A stretch of 64,000 bases of DNA from Balanoglossus misakiensis. Taxonomy: Eukaryota; Animalia; Hemichordata. Of the stretch, positions 25,610 through 39,751 are shown piece by piece. Position numbers and translations under genes: made by a program. Numbering within the stretch: the first letter of the stretch is position 1; the number at the start of each line of letters is the position of its first letter. The DNA is taken from the NCBI GenBank assembly GCA_040954595.2, contig CM082580.2, positions 7,976,390-8,040,389 on the forward strand, written 5' to 3'. Under the pieces are notes generated by a model. It worked only from the letters and a program-made list of their open reading frames with translations. It was not told the DNA's origin and did no database searches.

Positions 25610-28600
25610 ATTGAAATGTGTCGATGTGCTAGGTGGGTACAAAAAAAATCAAGGTAAATGTAAGGTTTAGGTGTAGGAGCACTTCAAGAAAAGACTCAAA
25701 ATCTGTAGGGGCTTCGTGTACCTTTGACATACTAACGGAAGCTCACCACACAATTTCTGAGAAAGTAATGCGACGTGCTTGACATACTGAGACTATTGCA
25801 ACCCGTGGCGGCTGGGCAACGGATGCACCAAATGTTCAGACACAGTGAACGATCAGAAATTACCCTGTCGGAGATATCTTGACTGAAACATGCGGGAGTT
25901 CTGAAAACTTCCAGTCAGTCAAATAGTCAAATTACTGCAAGATTTGGGCTTACAGTTCAGCGGAACATCCAGAGCAAACCTAATAATTGCACATTTTGCT
26001 GACAAAATCGTTTCCTGTGTACGGCTGATGGAAACGACACATTACAATTACTACGAGCGCCATGCGCAGCAATCGTGTCTGCTCTAGTTACACGGTCAGC
26101 TCAGAAAGTTCAGCGGAAATTACTTTGCAATGCTGGCTGCTGAGATAATCCCATTACTTGACACCGTCTATCTACGTTTGTTGCGTGATATGCCAAGCTT
26201 TGCCAGACCATTGTGTTTGAAGAAGTCCGCATGTAACTATAATGCGTAGGGTTCTTGGAAGCAAATGTCACGTACTTTTACGGTAGCTTAAAATGCTGAC
26301 ATTTTTCGTGATGTAGATAGTTAAACGTTTATCGGGCTTCGGGACCAAATGCCAAAATACTAGAGACAGCCTTTTGCGTCAACTGCGACTGTCAAGGCTA
26401 TTTCCATTTTCATTTCCGTTGTCTTTAGTATTTGGCACGACTTCTCTTCTCCTGATCAAGCGAATTTTGTACAGTTTCCTAAAGAGTCTAAACATTTTTC
26501 TGGGAAACGTAGTAAGACCGTTTTAATATTCAAGGTTACTGGCATTATGCATCTGGCGGAAATGGCAGTGAAACTTTCCGAAAGTCGCAAAACAGAATCA
26601 ATATGTACATGAACATGTGCAGAAATAATGGAATTAGAAAACCACCGATGCTTATACAGACTTCAAGAACAGCATTGATATATTTAAAGGGTTTTGTATA
26701 AAGCTCAGAACAGTAGTATCAAGCCTCGCCGGATCGACCAAGCATGTATTGATCGGAATTTCTAAACGGTGTGTTCTACTCAATGCCGAGTCACAGCAAC
26801 TTCAACTTTCAGACGATATGCACTTTCATCGCTAATAAGCTTTGCGACTATCACGCTGTGTATTCTACGGCTACGCGTCTTCTCCTTCCTCTACCGAACG
26901 CGTTTAAGTGTTTGGACGTGCATTCAGTTTCAAATGTTCGTTGGCAATGCATCGGACAACACGTTTGACATTGTAACAGGGGTAATCACAGCAAAGCATG
27001 GCGTTAATAGCAGAACAATGTAAACCCAATTAACACCTGTCAACACGCGCCAATAAACAGCGACGTTGCGTGTGTGACACACCTGCTAATGAATAACAAT
27101 TCCACAGTCATACACATACATGTACGACTTGTTTTCGCCTCGAAAGAGCTCAATTTGTATCTGAGTGTGTATATATATACACATCGGGATGTCTTGCGAC
27201 TGATTAAAGAGCCGGGCCTACCTTACCCCAACAACTATACGATGATTAGACCTGTTTGGTATAAGTGTACACAGTGCAATTATGAACGTGAGGAAATTAC
27301 ATGTATTAAGCCCTACGTACCAGATAAGACGAAACTTTTATCCTTTAAACTCTGTGAAACCGGGGACTGTTATAACCAAATCTCGCCACCACGCCTCCAC
27401 CGATGTTGTTCCTTCAGCAACGTCCGGCGCCCAACAGCCAAGAAGTATATACCTTTCAACTGGAATTAACGGCTCTAAAAAAACTGCAAAGGAAGAAAGC
27501 GCTGGAAATTAAATGGACCCAGATCTCGCCAAACGGCCCGCCAGAACAAAAGGCCCACTTGCGTCATAGCGCGATCGCGCGCTTCCAAGTCGCCGGCAAT
27601 CCTTCTTTCACAAATGGCGATTTTTTTTCTGTGGCAAGGGAAATTGTAAAGAAACCGGGGGTAAAATGACGACTGTTGTGTTTATCCTATGTAAGTAATA
27701 ATCCAGAATCAACATGCACTGCATCCGATCAACAGACGCAAAATACGCACATGGCGGAGTTCACACAGAAAGGCCGAAAATCCGCACATACCTTCAACTT
27801 TTTTTCCTGAGAAGTGCAAACGCAGTCTTACATTTTTTTGTATGTGTGACGTTTATCCAAACAGTTTCTAGCCGTACCTGGTCGGTGGCTATTGAAACCG
27901 GTGTCCATTTAGAGTCAAAATGACACTTCGGGAAATGAAGAGCCCGTTTCTCTCGACGGGGAATCTCGCTAGTTTTTTTTTTATAAATCGATTTCCGTCG
28001 CGAAGGACTGGGGCCAGGTATTAATGATAGCAAGAAGCTAGATGTATCAACTTTTCGCCAGTAATAAAAGCCGTTTTAGAGCTCACCTGCAATGTTTCGT
28101 AATAACACGCGAAAAGAACGGGGGGAATTGAAAAACACTGCCGGCATCAGCTTTTATTAATACTTATCAGCGCCGCTGTTACTATAATCGATATCAAACA
28201 ACACGCCCTTTATTTGGTTCATACGCCCAATTTTACTCATATCAGTTCCGATTCATTTTGTATCGATTAAAACGTGATTTTCACATGACAGAATTTAACC
28301 GTAAGACAAACAACAAATTAAAACGACAAGACATGTGCAGAAAACAAACCAGTTCTTGCTTGATATCGTTTGATGTTATATTCGTTGCGCGTTTGGCTGA
28401 TTTCAAACTGAAGTCCCGCAGGAGCGCGACGACATCCACGGGGTCAAATCATATCGCCACAATTTGACGCTATATAATCGGGGAGGGAAAACAAGTAACA
28501 AGAGTACAGTCCCCGTGTGACCTGTAAAATTCAGAGACCGGCCGAGAAATACGATAACTGTTGACAAGATATATTTCCAAGGGATTATGTCACGTGCATG

Positions 28601-31147
28601 GTGCGCAGATTGAAGTTTAAACAAGCGGCAAGCAAGCCACATATCGGTGGGACGACTTCGGTTTCCCGCCCTCGGGGATTTTTTTGTATCTGTATGGTGT
28701 CACGTATACAGGGATAAGTGCCCAAGCCAACTGCTGAGCTGTTGATTCCGTGTCCTGTATCCCAAAATATTTATCGTCGCTGGACTCAAATGAGCGCTAT
28801 CTAACATGCTATCATGGCTGACGGTAATCACGCTTTTACGATAATCATCATTTGCCGCTAATCCCGAGTTGGATATAGCTCTCGGCTTTAAACATGTACA
28901 GTCGCTTTTACTATCTTAAGCGATGCCAATATTTCCCGTTAAACTTATATAATCTATTATTCATTCATAAACGCTTGCTGTTTCGCAGTTAAGAATTATA
29001 AGCTAGATCATGGGATTAGGTTTCATGCAGATTAACCGGCCCGAGCATGTATGATGCATTGACGATGAGGCAGTATAATTTTTTTATACTTTTTCACTTA
29101 ATCAAGTTGATGATTTGTAACCTACAGGCAGCGCTGACATTTTTACCAAGGATAATTTTTTCTGATTTTTCTCAGCTGTACCACTTTTCTTCGAATATTG
29201 AGCAGATGTCAATCAGATTCTACCGGTCCTCAAAAACGTTCAATTTCTTTGTCACGGTTTATCATTCTGCGCATGAGTGTGAAAGCCAAGACGTGACTTT
29301 TTGATACTTCCCCCCTCTGAACAAGTCATGATTTCGATTTTAAATGGACAGAAATCAGGATTTCATTTTTTTCATTACAGGCGAGATTTACATTGTAAGA
29401 TGATTCGAGCAAAGTGTGCGTAACGCCTACGGCTATATCCTGTTCCCGTTGTTGGCAGTTTTCCGAGCGTGCGAAGCCGACACGTCATCGCACTCTTTAC
29501 ATGTGTCACGTGGTTTACATGTTACCGATTACAATGATTTTCCCATTAGTTCAACGGTGTGTTAATTATCTCGATTGCTTGTACGATTTCTCGCCACGCA
29601 TGTGAAATACTTAAGAAACATCCGTTTAGTGATAGGCGAAGTCTGTCAAATGTTCAGACGTCAACCACTCGCGAGGCAGCCTGTCGATTGAAAAAAATCG
29701 AGTCCTGATCCATTTGCGACCTAGATTGAAATATCAAGGCTTTCCCCCCAAATGCAGCTGTCATAGCTTTGCCTATTAGGATGGTGCTTTATCGACTTCT
29801 TTCGCCCTGGGAGTTTGTCCATATTTAATGGATTTTTAAGACTCGGCGGTCCGCGCCCTGGATATCATAAAATATAAATACATATACGTATCTACGGGTG
29901 CCACGGGACAAACTTTAGAATCTGAAACTGTAAATGCATGCGCGAGTAATAACAGTACGACCCTGGCGTTCTACCCCTTTACGGCACAGACATAAGCGCG
30001 GGAAATATTCCCTGTGTTCCCATGTGTCTCGTCTGCGCAGAAAAAAGAGGGATTCGTGCAAGAGGTCTTTGGATGCAGCTCAGTACAACTTAGATGGTGT
30101 ACACCCCGCGCGCACTGCACCCCACAAGCAAAATCTACTGCGGGATTTTCTATGTGATCTCGTTAATTTTAAAACACCTTCTAGATATTAAAAAAACCCG
30201 CATAGTTTCAACACAAGTCGGGTGAAAAGCGTAGACACAGAGCATGACGTTAACCGTACGCCCACACGAAAAAAGTGTCAAAAACACTCTTCCAGAAATA
30301 ACTCTAACACCACAATGACAGGAAGTTACTGTACAAGTTAAATTGAGTCAGAATTAGATATTAAATATACCGATAGAGGTAATGTTTGGCCTGCCTTTGT
30401 CCTTGAACCACGGTGAACAAATCTTGCATTGGACACTGTTAATGCTTTTGAACTAATCATCGAATGACGTCAAATCAGTGTGCCCCGTACTTTCATAGGG
30501 GGAAAATGTTCACACCTCCTGTGCGTCAATGTCCTGTAATTATGGTAGTCACTGCCCAGGTGCAATGCAAGGTTGTCGCATTTCATAGCATAATTGCATG
30601 TAGAATGTTGAGAAAAACAGAGTTGCAATATTGTCATATCTTAGAAATTTTCACAAAAGGTGCCAAAAGAGGACTATTATGAAATGATATGAAGAAAACA
30701 CTATGTCACCATTCTTATGATTTTGACAGAGCGGTTAAGATATTTCCACCATCGGAAAACTATAGCACTAGGACTGCGAGAAAAGTGCTATAGTTTTTTC
30801 AGAATTTTCCACAGTATTTTAGACCCCCTAACTGGAAAAGTAAGATGGGCACACCTTGTTTTTTTTCAATTTTGAGTAGACTGCCTTGTATACGTATTAT
30901 CACGCCGGGAGATCCACGAGAGACCGCAGGATCCCTGTCGTCCTTATGTGTTACCGTGCCAAATAAAATTGACCTCAGAGAAAGTTTTCTGAGCTGTTAT
31001 TCATGGGCATGTAACAGGTATGACGGTACTCAGAAAGCGCACAGTTATTTAGTTATCTATGTAGGCCTAATTCTGGCTGCCTTAAATAGGTTTTGACTTT
31101 GGGCCTGCACTAACCCACCGCGGACACACACGTATCGTATTACTCAC

Positions 31148-31200
31148 CGGTCGTTCAGTCGTTCGGATTTCTCACTTCGCGATCTCAGCGCTCGGAACGC
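31148..31200 (-). other. Candidate non-coding first exon of bursicon alpha (5' boundary approximate)
   Basis: Minus-strand donor ...GAACGACCG|GTGAGTA at 31148/31147, upstream of the acceptor at 25629. The pairing is inferred. Confidence 0.3.
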
Positions 31201-34200
31201 TGATAGTCATCGACATCAGTCAACATGTCACCAAGGTAATTCAAACCGAAGGGATAAGTGCAACACATTTTGTACATATCAATTAAATGGACAGTGGTGA
31301 CGACATAGAGGGGGTGGTTGACATGACCTTGATAGTGACCCCCAGGGGTGTGATTACAACGAAATGGCAAAAGCAAAAATCCCAAAAGCAATCAAATGAT
31401 GCCAAACCTCATTTAGCGAAAAATCTTGATAAGAGGGATCAGTTCGTGAACATTTTCAATCATTAATTTTGTAACATATGTAGTTTGGAAATTAAATTGC
31501 TTATATGCTCAGTAAGAGTTATCGCTGTTTTGAAGTATTGTCATGATGATAATGTTTTTGACATGAGCGAATATTTTCTCTTGAGGTCTGTCTTTATGAT
31601 TATTATCAAATATCGTTTTAAACGCCACAGCACTTCTTTCGCGAATCAGCATTATAAGTACAAGACAGTTTTTCTTGTTGTTTGAAGTGTACTTCCGGAC
31701 AAAAGTTACATTTTAATACGGTGAAATGGAGTCGTTGGTCGATTTCGATAACTGTCTTTTCAGCTGGTTTCGAAAATCTTAAAGGGAGAATCGATTAGAT
31801 GCTACATGTAAACCCAGCATATCGACATAAGAATGGCGTCTGTCTGCAGTATAGGTTGCCCTGTTGTTGCACGTTTCTTCTCAGAATGCATTTGCATCCT
31901 ATCCATCTTGCAGACGACAATTTGTGTCCTGAAGCTTTTTCAAGCCTTTTTCACTATAACGTTGTTCACATTCGTCAATCCTACTGAAATTTAGAGCGAC
32001 ATAAAGCAACTGACATGTCCTTCGGGGAATAGATTTGGGCCGCGTCCGCACTATACTGGTGGTACCTGACTTTGGGATGACTCAGATTTTGCCAAGCATA
32101 TCATAGTTGAATATGATCGATCTTTTGAACAAGGAATAACGTGGTGACAAACTTCAGGGGGGGGGCAACTGGCTTATGTTAGAAGATCATGAAACACCAC
32201 CATCAAAGGGCTTCAGAGAATAGCATAAGAATCACACCAAAAGGATATGCGATATCTAATAAAACTAACTATGTTAACAAATCAGACAATCACGCAGTTG
32301 CCTTGAAACTTAATGAGATCGTAATGAAAAGTTCACGCTTTGTATCAAAAGATAAATGCATGTGAAATTTAAATACACAATGCAATAGTTGTAATATAAA
32401 ATACAATAATCAGTAGTACAATACGCTATAGATACGGTATTAATAGTACGATATGAGATACAATAGTATTAATAACACGATGTAATATACCTACGCTGAT
32501 ACAGTCAATACACCAACCCCAACCCCCAACAAAGGAAAATGGATTCCCTATAATATGGCTACTTGAATCAGTGCCTCTTTGAGGAAACAGTCGATTAGAG
32601 CAATAATTTTTTTAACTGAACAAAGCTCATCCGGACTATGCGAAAAATCTCGCTGCCTGGTGAACTGTAAGTTGACAGATATAAGCAAGCTCTCGCTGGA
32701 ATTCAGAGTTAATTGGCTGTAGAAGTACGCGTTGAATTCTGTACTTCATTTACATTTATGCATACATGCATGCACGTACGCATGAATGCATACATGCATG
32801 CACGCGCCAAAAATGTCAGTAGATGTATACTTACCAAATACCCAATGATTAAAACAAACAGCCGGGGTAATTTACATTAAATTGCGTATAGATACTCGGA
32901 TATGCCCCGTTAGTTGCGTGCACACCTATTGAAACACCATGGCCCGTGTCACGACGAATTGTGTGTACACTACACTCCTTGCGACCTGCAGTGTTCACCG
33001 GCTCAGCGTCACACCAAACAACACCGTCGAGGGAAATGCAATGACAGCCGAGCAGAAGAAAAAAAAACTTCGGATTTCAGGCGCAATCCATCAATGTGGG
33101 GACGGCCAGCTGATTTCTCTGTATGTTATACGAATTGCAATCGCTGCGGGACAGACGGGGCGTAGAAGGTAAAGGTAGACCCTGGCGGCGAAGTAGCTGA
33201 ATAATGCAGAGGTATTTCAATGACATCTCAATAAATTGCAATAATTAGACATCCCGAAATGAGAGAGAGATTGTCAATCTTTAAAATAAAATAGCCTTTA
33301 TAGATGAATGCAGTCTAAAGAAGATAGCCCGGGGCATGACGGTTTCATGATCTTCTGTATGAAGGAAACATCAGAAATGAAAAGTGATCAACGTCATGTG
33401 ATGTCAAAGGACCGCAACGCTTAGAGGGACGTTTGCTTTAAATTAATGAAATAATACGTGGGGGAACACTTTTGATGATGATATAATTTGAATCTCAACT
33501 ACTGAAAGTAAAATGTCAAATTCCGCGTTTCGGTCTTATATAAATAAAGTTAACTTTAATTTCATTTTGATTAGTAGGAACAATGGCTGACGCTGTAGTG
33601 TCTTGGTTTGGACATTCTTTGAAAAGTACGGTATATATGTTTTGGACAGAGAGAAGCTCAGAATTCCACGGGGTATTGATTTTAAACGGCGGTTGAACGT
33701 CATTCACCGTTCTCTTCCCAGAGTCGGTGACGTCTATCGATTGCACGGTTACAAAGCAGTCCCATTACACGTGTAAACTGCCCCTTAGCTTCGCGAGGAG
33801 GGCATCAAATATCGATTGTTGAAAGACAAGGGGGCGGCTTCTAACGCGATATAATAACAAAACGTGTGCGCAATTACTTGAAATGATACCGACTTTTGTA
33901 TCACAAGTATTGTTTGTCGGACCAACGCACGGCGGGAGGAACATTCATCATTATTCTTCCTGTTCGTTGAAAATCGATTAAGCAAGTTTAATTTGTTCTT
34001 TGGTGAGGCCGTAATTATCAGGAAGTTAGGGGGTCGACGGTCACTGTCACCAAAGACCAATCGTGTTATCTTTCATCATCACAAAAAATTTAACTCAAAG
34101 TAGTTAAAAAGGGGAATGGTGTACATTGACGGTAAACCTTCAAGAATATGTTAACTACAAGTATCTTGTAAAAAAAACAATTGATTAAAAGGCCGCACAT

Positions 34201-37200
34201 CATGATATTGCCTGATGATCCACGCCATGTCGATATCTGTTTGCTGTTCAGATTCTACCGATTCTCCTCACGAACGCTCGAGCTCTTATATGCCTTTTTG
34301 GACTTGCAGTTTCTGTAGTATATATTCACGCGAGTCAGGGTGTCGCCTAAAAGAACGGATATTCCTGCGATTAATACCCGCTGTTTGCCGTATATGACTC
34401 CTGTCGGACTCCGTGCATTAAAGAAAGCCGGTGGTAGAAACGTTAACAGACAGTGCCATTAAAAGCGCACAGCTGAAAGGGGCGATCTCTGAGAAAGAAA
34501 CGGTTGCTTTCATTGTTGACGGATTGATTCGGTGGAATCTTTAATCCTTTCTATCAATGACAAAGGTATGGCGGGAGTCATCAATTGGATTTGAAAGATA
34601 ACGTCTGTAAGGCACTTTGGTCTGTGTTTTTTTAAATACAAAAGTCATGCAGCATGATGTATAATTGAGCGTTGTTTGCAGGTTTTTAGTTGTGTTTTGT
34701 TTTGCCAATGTGCGATATCCGACAAATTAATTCACCATCTACATTCCAGTCATCTGATTGAACCCATGTAATCAGTGTTTAAGGAAGCACACAGAACTGA
34801 GCATGCATTAATAGGAGTTCGTGGTGGTATTTTGTTGATGATTGGGCGACCACTAAGCTGAGTTAGAAGTTCAACAAAGTGAGTGAACCAGTGACTAGAC
34901 GAGCAGGTGAGAATTTGGGGCAATTTTAATTTCGAATTTGAGACAATTGGACACAATTTTGTTCTGTCATTCGAAATTTTGCATGGTGAGCCCGAAACTT
35001 TTATTCTCAATTTTAACAGAGAATATCCCAAAGTTACCGCGAGCAAAATGTGACAGAAAGTTTAAGACTTTGGTTTTCGATAGACGGATTCAAAGCGTGG
35101 CCGTGAACGTCTTGGTATTTAGCAGAATGCAATCCCGCGACACAATGGCAAAGTGTTTCGACTCCAGGCACTTTGTGGATTGGAACTCTAATCCAGTCGG
35201 TCAAGATACGTCGAATAATTACCATGTGTCACACTGTGTTTTTTTTTCCTTTAGATGGTGCACGTTTCTTCCCAAGATCTTCCCACAAGAGAATCCCATT
35301 CTTATCCCCGGAAACGTTAATCGTTCGCTACCCAATATGCTCGATGATATGAAAGTCTTGAGCAAACAATGTCGACCCTACACCGTGGCTAATTCGAGTC
35401 TCGAGCTACGGCAATCATAACATGTCATATTTCTATAGGTTCGAAATGGCATTTTGCATCCCAGTGGACACCATCAACTGTGTTTAATCGGCCCTAGTAA
35501 ATCCATTGGTTGTTCATCGACGCCGTCGAAAATAATGTAATGGTAAACTGGGGTAAACTAGCTTCTAGGTCTCAATGCCCCCTTAATGGTTTCTGTCGCA
35601 CCTGGCGACAAGACAGCAATGTGTAACTAATGTTGAGGTCAGTGCTACATCATTAAGCCACATAGGCCATGCGTATGGCTTCTAAACTATCTGAAATAAA
35701 AAGGTCAGTTCAAGTGGGGCAACAGAGATGAACGCTGTGGGCATTATTGAGTATGAAGCATGTTTTTAAAAAAACGTCAATAGACATGCGTATACTTTAC
35801 AAATCGACACAAGCTCCAATGGTTAATGGATTAGATGATAGTAAAGCCAGCAAACGCGTGCGTGTGATCATTTATCTCTTGCCGTGTGCAGCTATCATTT
35901 TAAGTAAAAAGTCATCTCATTCATGTAAACGCCCCTTAACAAAAGCCGTTTCCCGCGTACAATAGCTCAAATATGGCGCCACTGAAATAATTGGACGAAA
36001 AGCGTCCATTGATTCTTGCGGTCAAGGGCTTTCGTGTACCGCGTCGTGTTGGTAGAAATCGTAAAGGAGCCCGTTTGTATTAACAACTTCCTCTCAAAAT
36101 CACAATACTTTTTATATCGGAGCAATGCCCATGTCTGAACTCAATCTGCAAGTCGTTCTGACGTCAGCCATTTTTTGTTAAACATCCTGTGAACTCCATG
36201 ACACTGCATATATATTTCGATATCAATGTTTTTCTTGTGAGTTAATTTTAGAAACGATTGATTAAAGATGTTTGTATTGTAACAGGTCTATAACTGTCCT
36301 CGATTGCGGCTGCTGTGTCCTGTAATTTTTGTGTCAATTTTATTACAAGCCTGTAAGAAATGTAAGTGCATTGCATGTTACCAGCACGATTTTGTTCGAA
36401 GCTGTATTTCTCATTGAAGACTATATGAAAACTCCTCAAGTTCCATATTTTTTTTCAAAAAGGCAGAGTTAAATTCATTCGACGTTAATTTCTGCTCTGG
36501 GTACTTAATCGACAAAAATATTTCATGTTGTACAACATGTAGGCTCTATAGAATCAACCGTGAAAATTTGAGATGATATGGCCAATGCTTGTAGTAAATC
36601 CCGTGTGATAGTTCGATTACAAGGCGTTTGCAATATCGAGACTGCGGGATATTGCAAGAGTGTGATGATCTTGAAATGACGATTTTATCACTTCTGAAAC
36701 CACCGCCTCGTGGCGCGTTACTTTTACTTTTACTTTAATAGCAGAAACCCGGTCTGTCGTCACCCCTCGAGGTCAGACGACATCAGTGGTCCAATCAGAA
36801 AGCCCGGCTCGTCCGGGTGTCGTGCAAAATGGCGCCAACACGAGAGTGTGCGATGACAGCTCAGCAGTCCTGATCTATGATCGATGGACGTGCTCATGAT
36901 ACGATATGAAAGATTTACAAGACACGGTGAGCTCAAATCATTGGAGGTGTTTGTCTGAACAATAAGGTTAGCTGTAGTACCCGAATGAAAAATTATACAT
37001 TTATGTTTGAACTTATTTTGCGCCTTCCGCAGACCAAGAAGTCATGCACATGACTATCAATCGGTACTCGAACCCTCGACCTACCGCAAATCGCTTATCT
37101 AGGGGTCACTATTCTGAAAAGGAGATGTGTACTCGAGCTTTCTTTCCAACTTTCCGGGTTACTGCCAGTAGCCATGGATACATTACGCACAACCATGGAT

Positions 37201-39455
37201 ACCAAGTGTCCACGCTCGACGTGAGGTCTGCCCGCCATGCGATGAACACACCAGAAGTAACTGCGGGCAGATGTGCATTTTAACATTGTGTCACGGCTCC
37301 CGCAACTACCAGGCCTGCTTCCCCTCCAGGGGAATGGTGGGGGTCGTCTGTTATTTGATTGACACGTTTTCGGTACAGGGTCTCATCATAAAGGAGTGTA
37401 TACGTATAGTACCCTGACACACACACATGGGGAAATATTGACAAGTATATCCTCAAATTTGTTCGGGAATCTTCCAGAGTCGAACTCTACCCATTTCGGA
37501 AAGCGTTTGCGTTTTGAGAATGCATCGCTCAGGCTGTGGTATTTAAATAAGCAGGTTTTGTGATGCAAATTATGCATGCTAAATACAAGAAATCAAAATA
37601 TCTTAGTAATAAACACCTGTGGCGATTTGCATACTTCTAACAAACTAACGTGCATAGAGTGTCGAAACAAACACAAACAAGAACTACCAAGGTATATAGA
37701 GAGAATTATTTGCAATGTTATATTCTTTAATTTAATTTAACACCCCCGATCTAATAACCGTAGACTTGTGCTCCACGCAGGGCGATGCTGTGTTCGATGT
37801 ACAGCGTAGGCAAACTTGCACGGATTATACACACACGAAGAAAAGATGGCCAACCTACAATTCATCTTTTCAGTCACTGCATGTTGGAGGCTTCCCTAAT
37901 CTTTCTCTCCCACACTTCTACTGGTTCGCCAGCCTCGTGACACCCAAGCGCGTCCAGAAACACTTGTGCCGATTCGCCACTTCGTGACATCCAATACTTC
38001 AGAATATTACTACAGTCACCTCTCGCCGGCGGGCGGGCAGCTGAGCGAAGACCCGCAGTTTTTGTCGCTGCGAAATCATTTGTTGTTTTGAAAAGAGACG
38101 CTGAACCAAAACCGTTCGGTGAGCACGCAACACTTCGCTTCTCCGAGGGATGCTTGGGCAATGCGCGTGCGGTTTCCAAGTTAATCTGCCAGTTGGCAAT
38201 GTTCAATAGAGAATGGGACTGAATACACGCTATTCAAAACATGACTGTTTGATGATGTTTGCCTGCATGCCAACTGCCGAAATACTGACATATTTTTACA
38301 AATATGATGTTTGCTGAATCGATTACCGTTAATAATCTCACCCCCACTTTCCAGCCGATATGTCGAATTCAGCATAGCAACGAAAGATGAATAATTATTC
38401 ACTTTGGTCGACCACTAAAACATATTATCGTTTATGTGTTGGGTTGCCGGCATGCCATTAAACTCCCATCTTCATAAATGTCAGCGATGGCGGTTCGAAA
38501 AGCGATCGTTCCCAAAGACGAGATTAGCCACGCCGAGAGAAATAACAAGAATATCTATTCCAAGAATTGGCGTGCTTCATTTCCCCCCTTTGACGTCAAA
38601 TGAAAGATTACAGCCGGTTCAAGTTGTGAGACTTTCAATTTCAAGTGTTGGGAGTTTAGGGTCTTCAGTTGAACAAGTATACAAGCAGGGGAAGAAAATT
38701 GTATATAACGGGCGGGCAATGTATACTGAATTTGTTGAGAAACTGTGATGGGTCTACATTTTGCCTCAAAATTGTGGAACCGGCGATTTAGCCATTCAGA
38801 TTATCAAAAAAATATCTCTATAGTAGTTTTTTTGTGTGTGAATCTTTGTTTTGGTTGTCCTGCTAAAATATCCTGGACCAGTGTTCCGCTTTTCAACATG
38901 ACCGCCATTAACATCCATCGCCTTATTCCATTAAAGTGAATTTATTATTTACATTTCTTATAGGTTTATAACTTTTATAACACCAACGATACGATTGACT
39001 CCACAACTGTATTCCTAATTTACTTTCTAATAAATACTGTCACGGAGATCAAAATTGACAGGAAAGTCATTAGCGGTCAGACGCTTTCTAAAACGACAAG
39101 TCTCTCACGTGAAGACGGGCTTTTTCAAACGACAGTCGCAACAAAAATGGCGGCATTTCTTTCTCTGAATGCAAGATTCACTAAATCTGTTTTTATACGC
39201 TGATGGCACTCAAATTGTTTCAGACTAACCGAATTCCAATGAGCAGGTTCAATCCCGTTGTTAGTTCCCTGGGCCAAAAAATTAACCAGATCTTGGATTC
39301 TGTTCCAGAGAGCTCGACTCGGGGTCCGTGTGGTGCATTACAACGAGCCATTATATAACATAATTCGTGTAGTTCGCATGTTATATAATCGGGCCTTATT
39401 AACAGGTGCATGCTGATAGGTGGATGGTTACTTCAAGAGACAGGCTTTGATTTAA

Positions 39456-39649
39456 AGCCCCATGAGCTGCAACTTTGGGGAAATTATCATGAGATTTATT
39501 ACATTTTCATTGCAATAGGCCTGTTTGACTTTTTTTTTAAATTGCGAGAATTTTCAATTGTACTGATATTTCATCAATAGACAGAATTAAAAGCATATTA
39601 GAGATTATTTAAAGCTTAATTTTTTATCCAGTTCGCAGCTGATGGGCCT
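39456..39649. mobile_element. About 194-bp TTAA-flanked MITE (Kolobok-like AG...CT ends)
   Basis: TTAA|AGCCCCATGAGCTGCAACT...AGTTCGCAGCTGATGGGCCT|TTAA; imperfect 19-20-bp TIR; TTAA at 39452-39455 and 39650-39653. Confidence 0.65.
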
Positions 39650-39751
39650 TTAAACGACGACACCAGGGACAAGACGGTTTTATGTAAATTATCTTCACAC
39701 GCTTTGACAAGAAAATAATACTAGTACTTTGCTATCGGTGTTATTTTTAAT

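Noticed and set aside
25610-25642. ORF-track N-terminal extension of bursicon alpha (likewise 44154-44330 for beta and 50936-50956 for THSD7-like)
   Set aside because: These begin at non-ATG codons and, for the bursicons, run through splice acceptors; the signal peptides begin at the downstream ATGs.
37060-37110. tRNA B-box-like GGTTCGAGTACC on the minus strand (similar motifs near 44755 and 50615)
   Set aside because: No cloverleaf or matching A-box; at most SINE debris.
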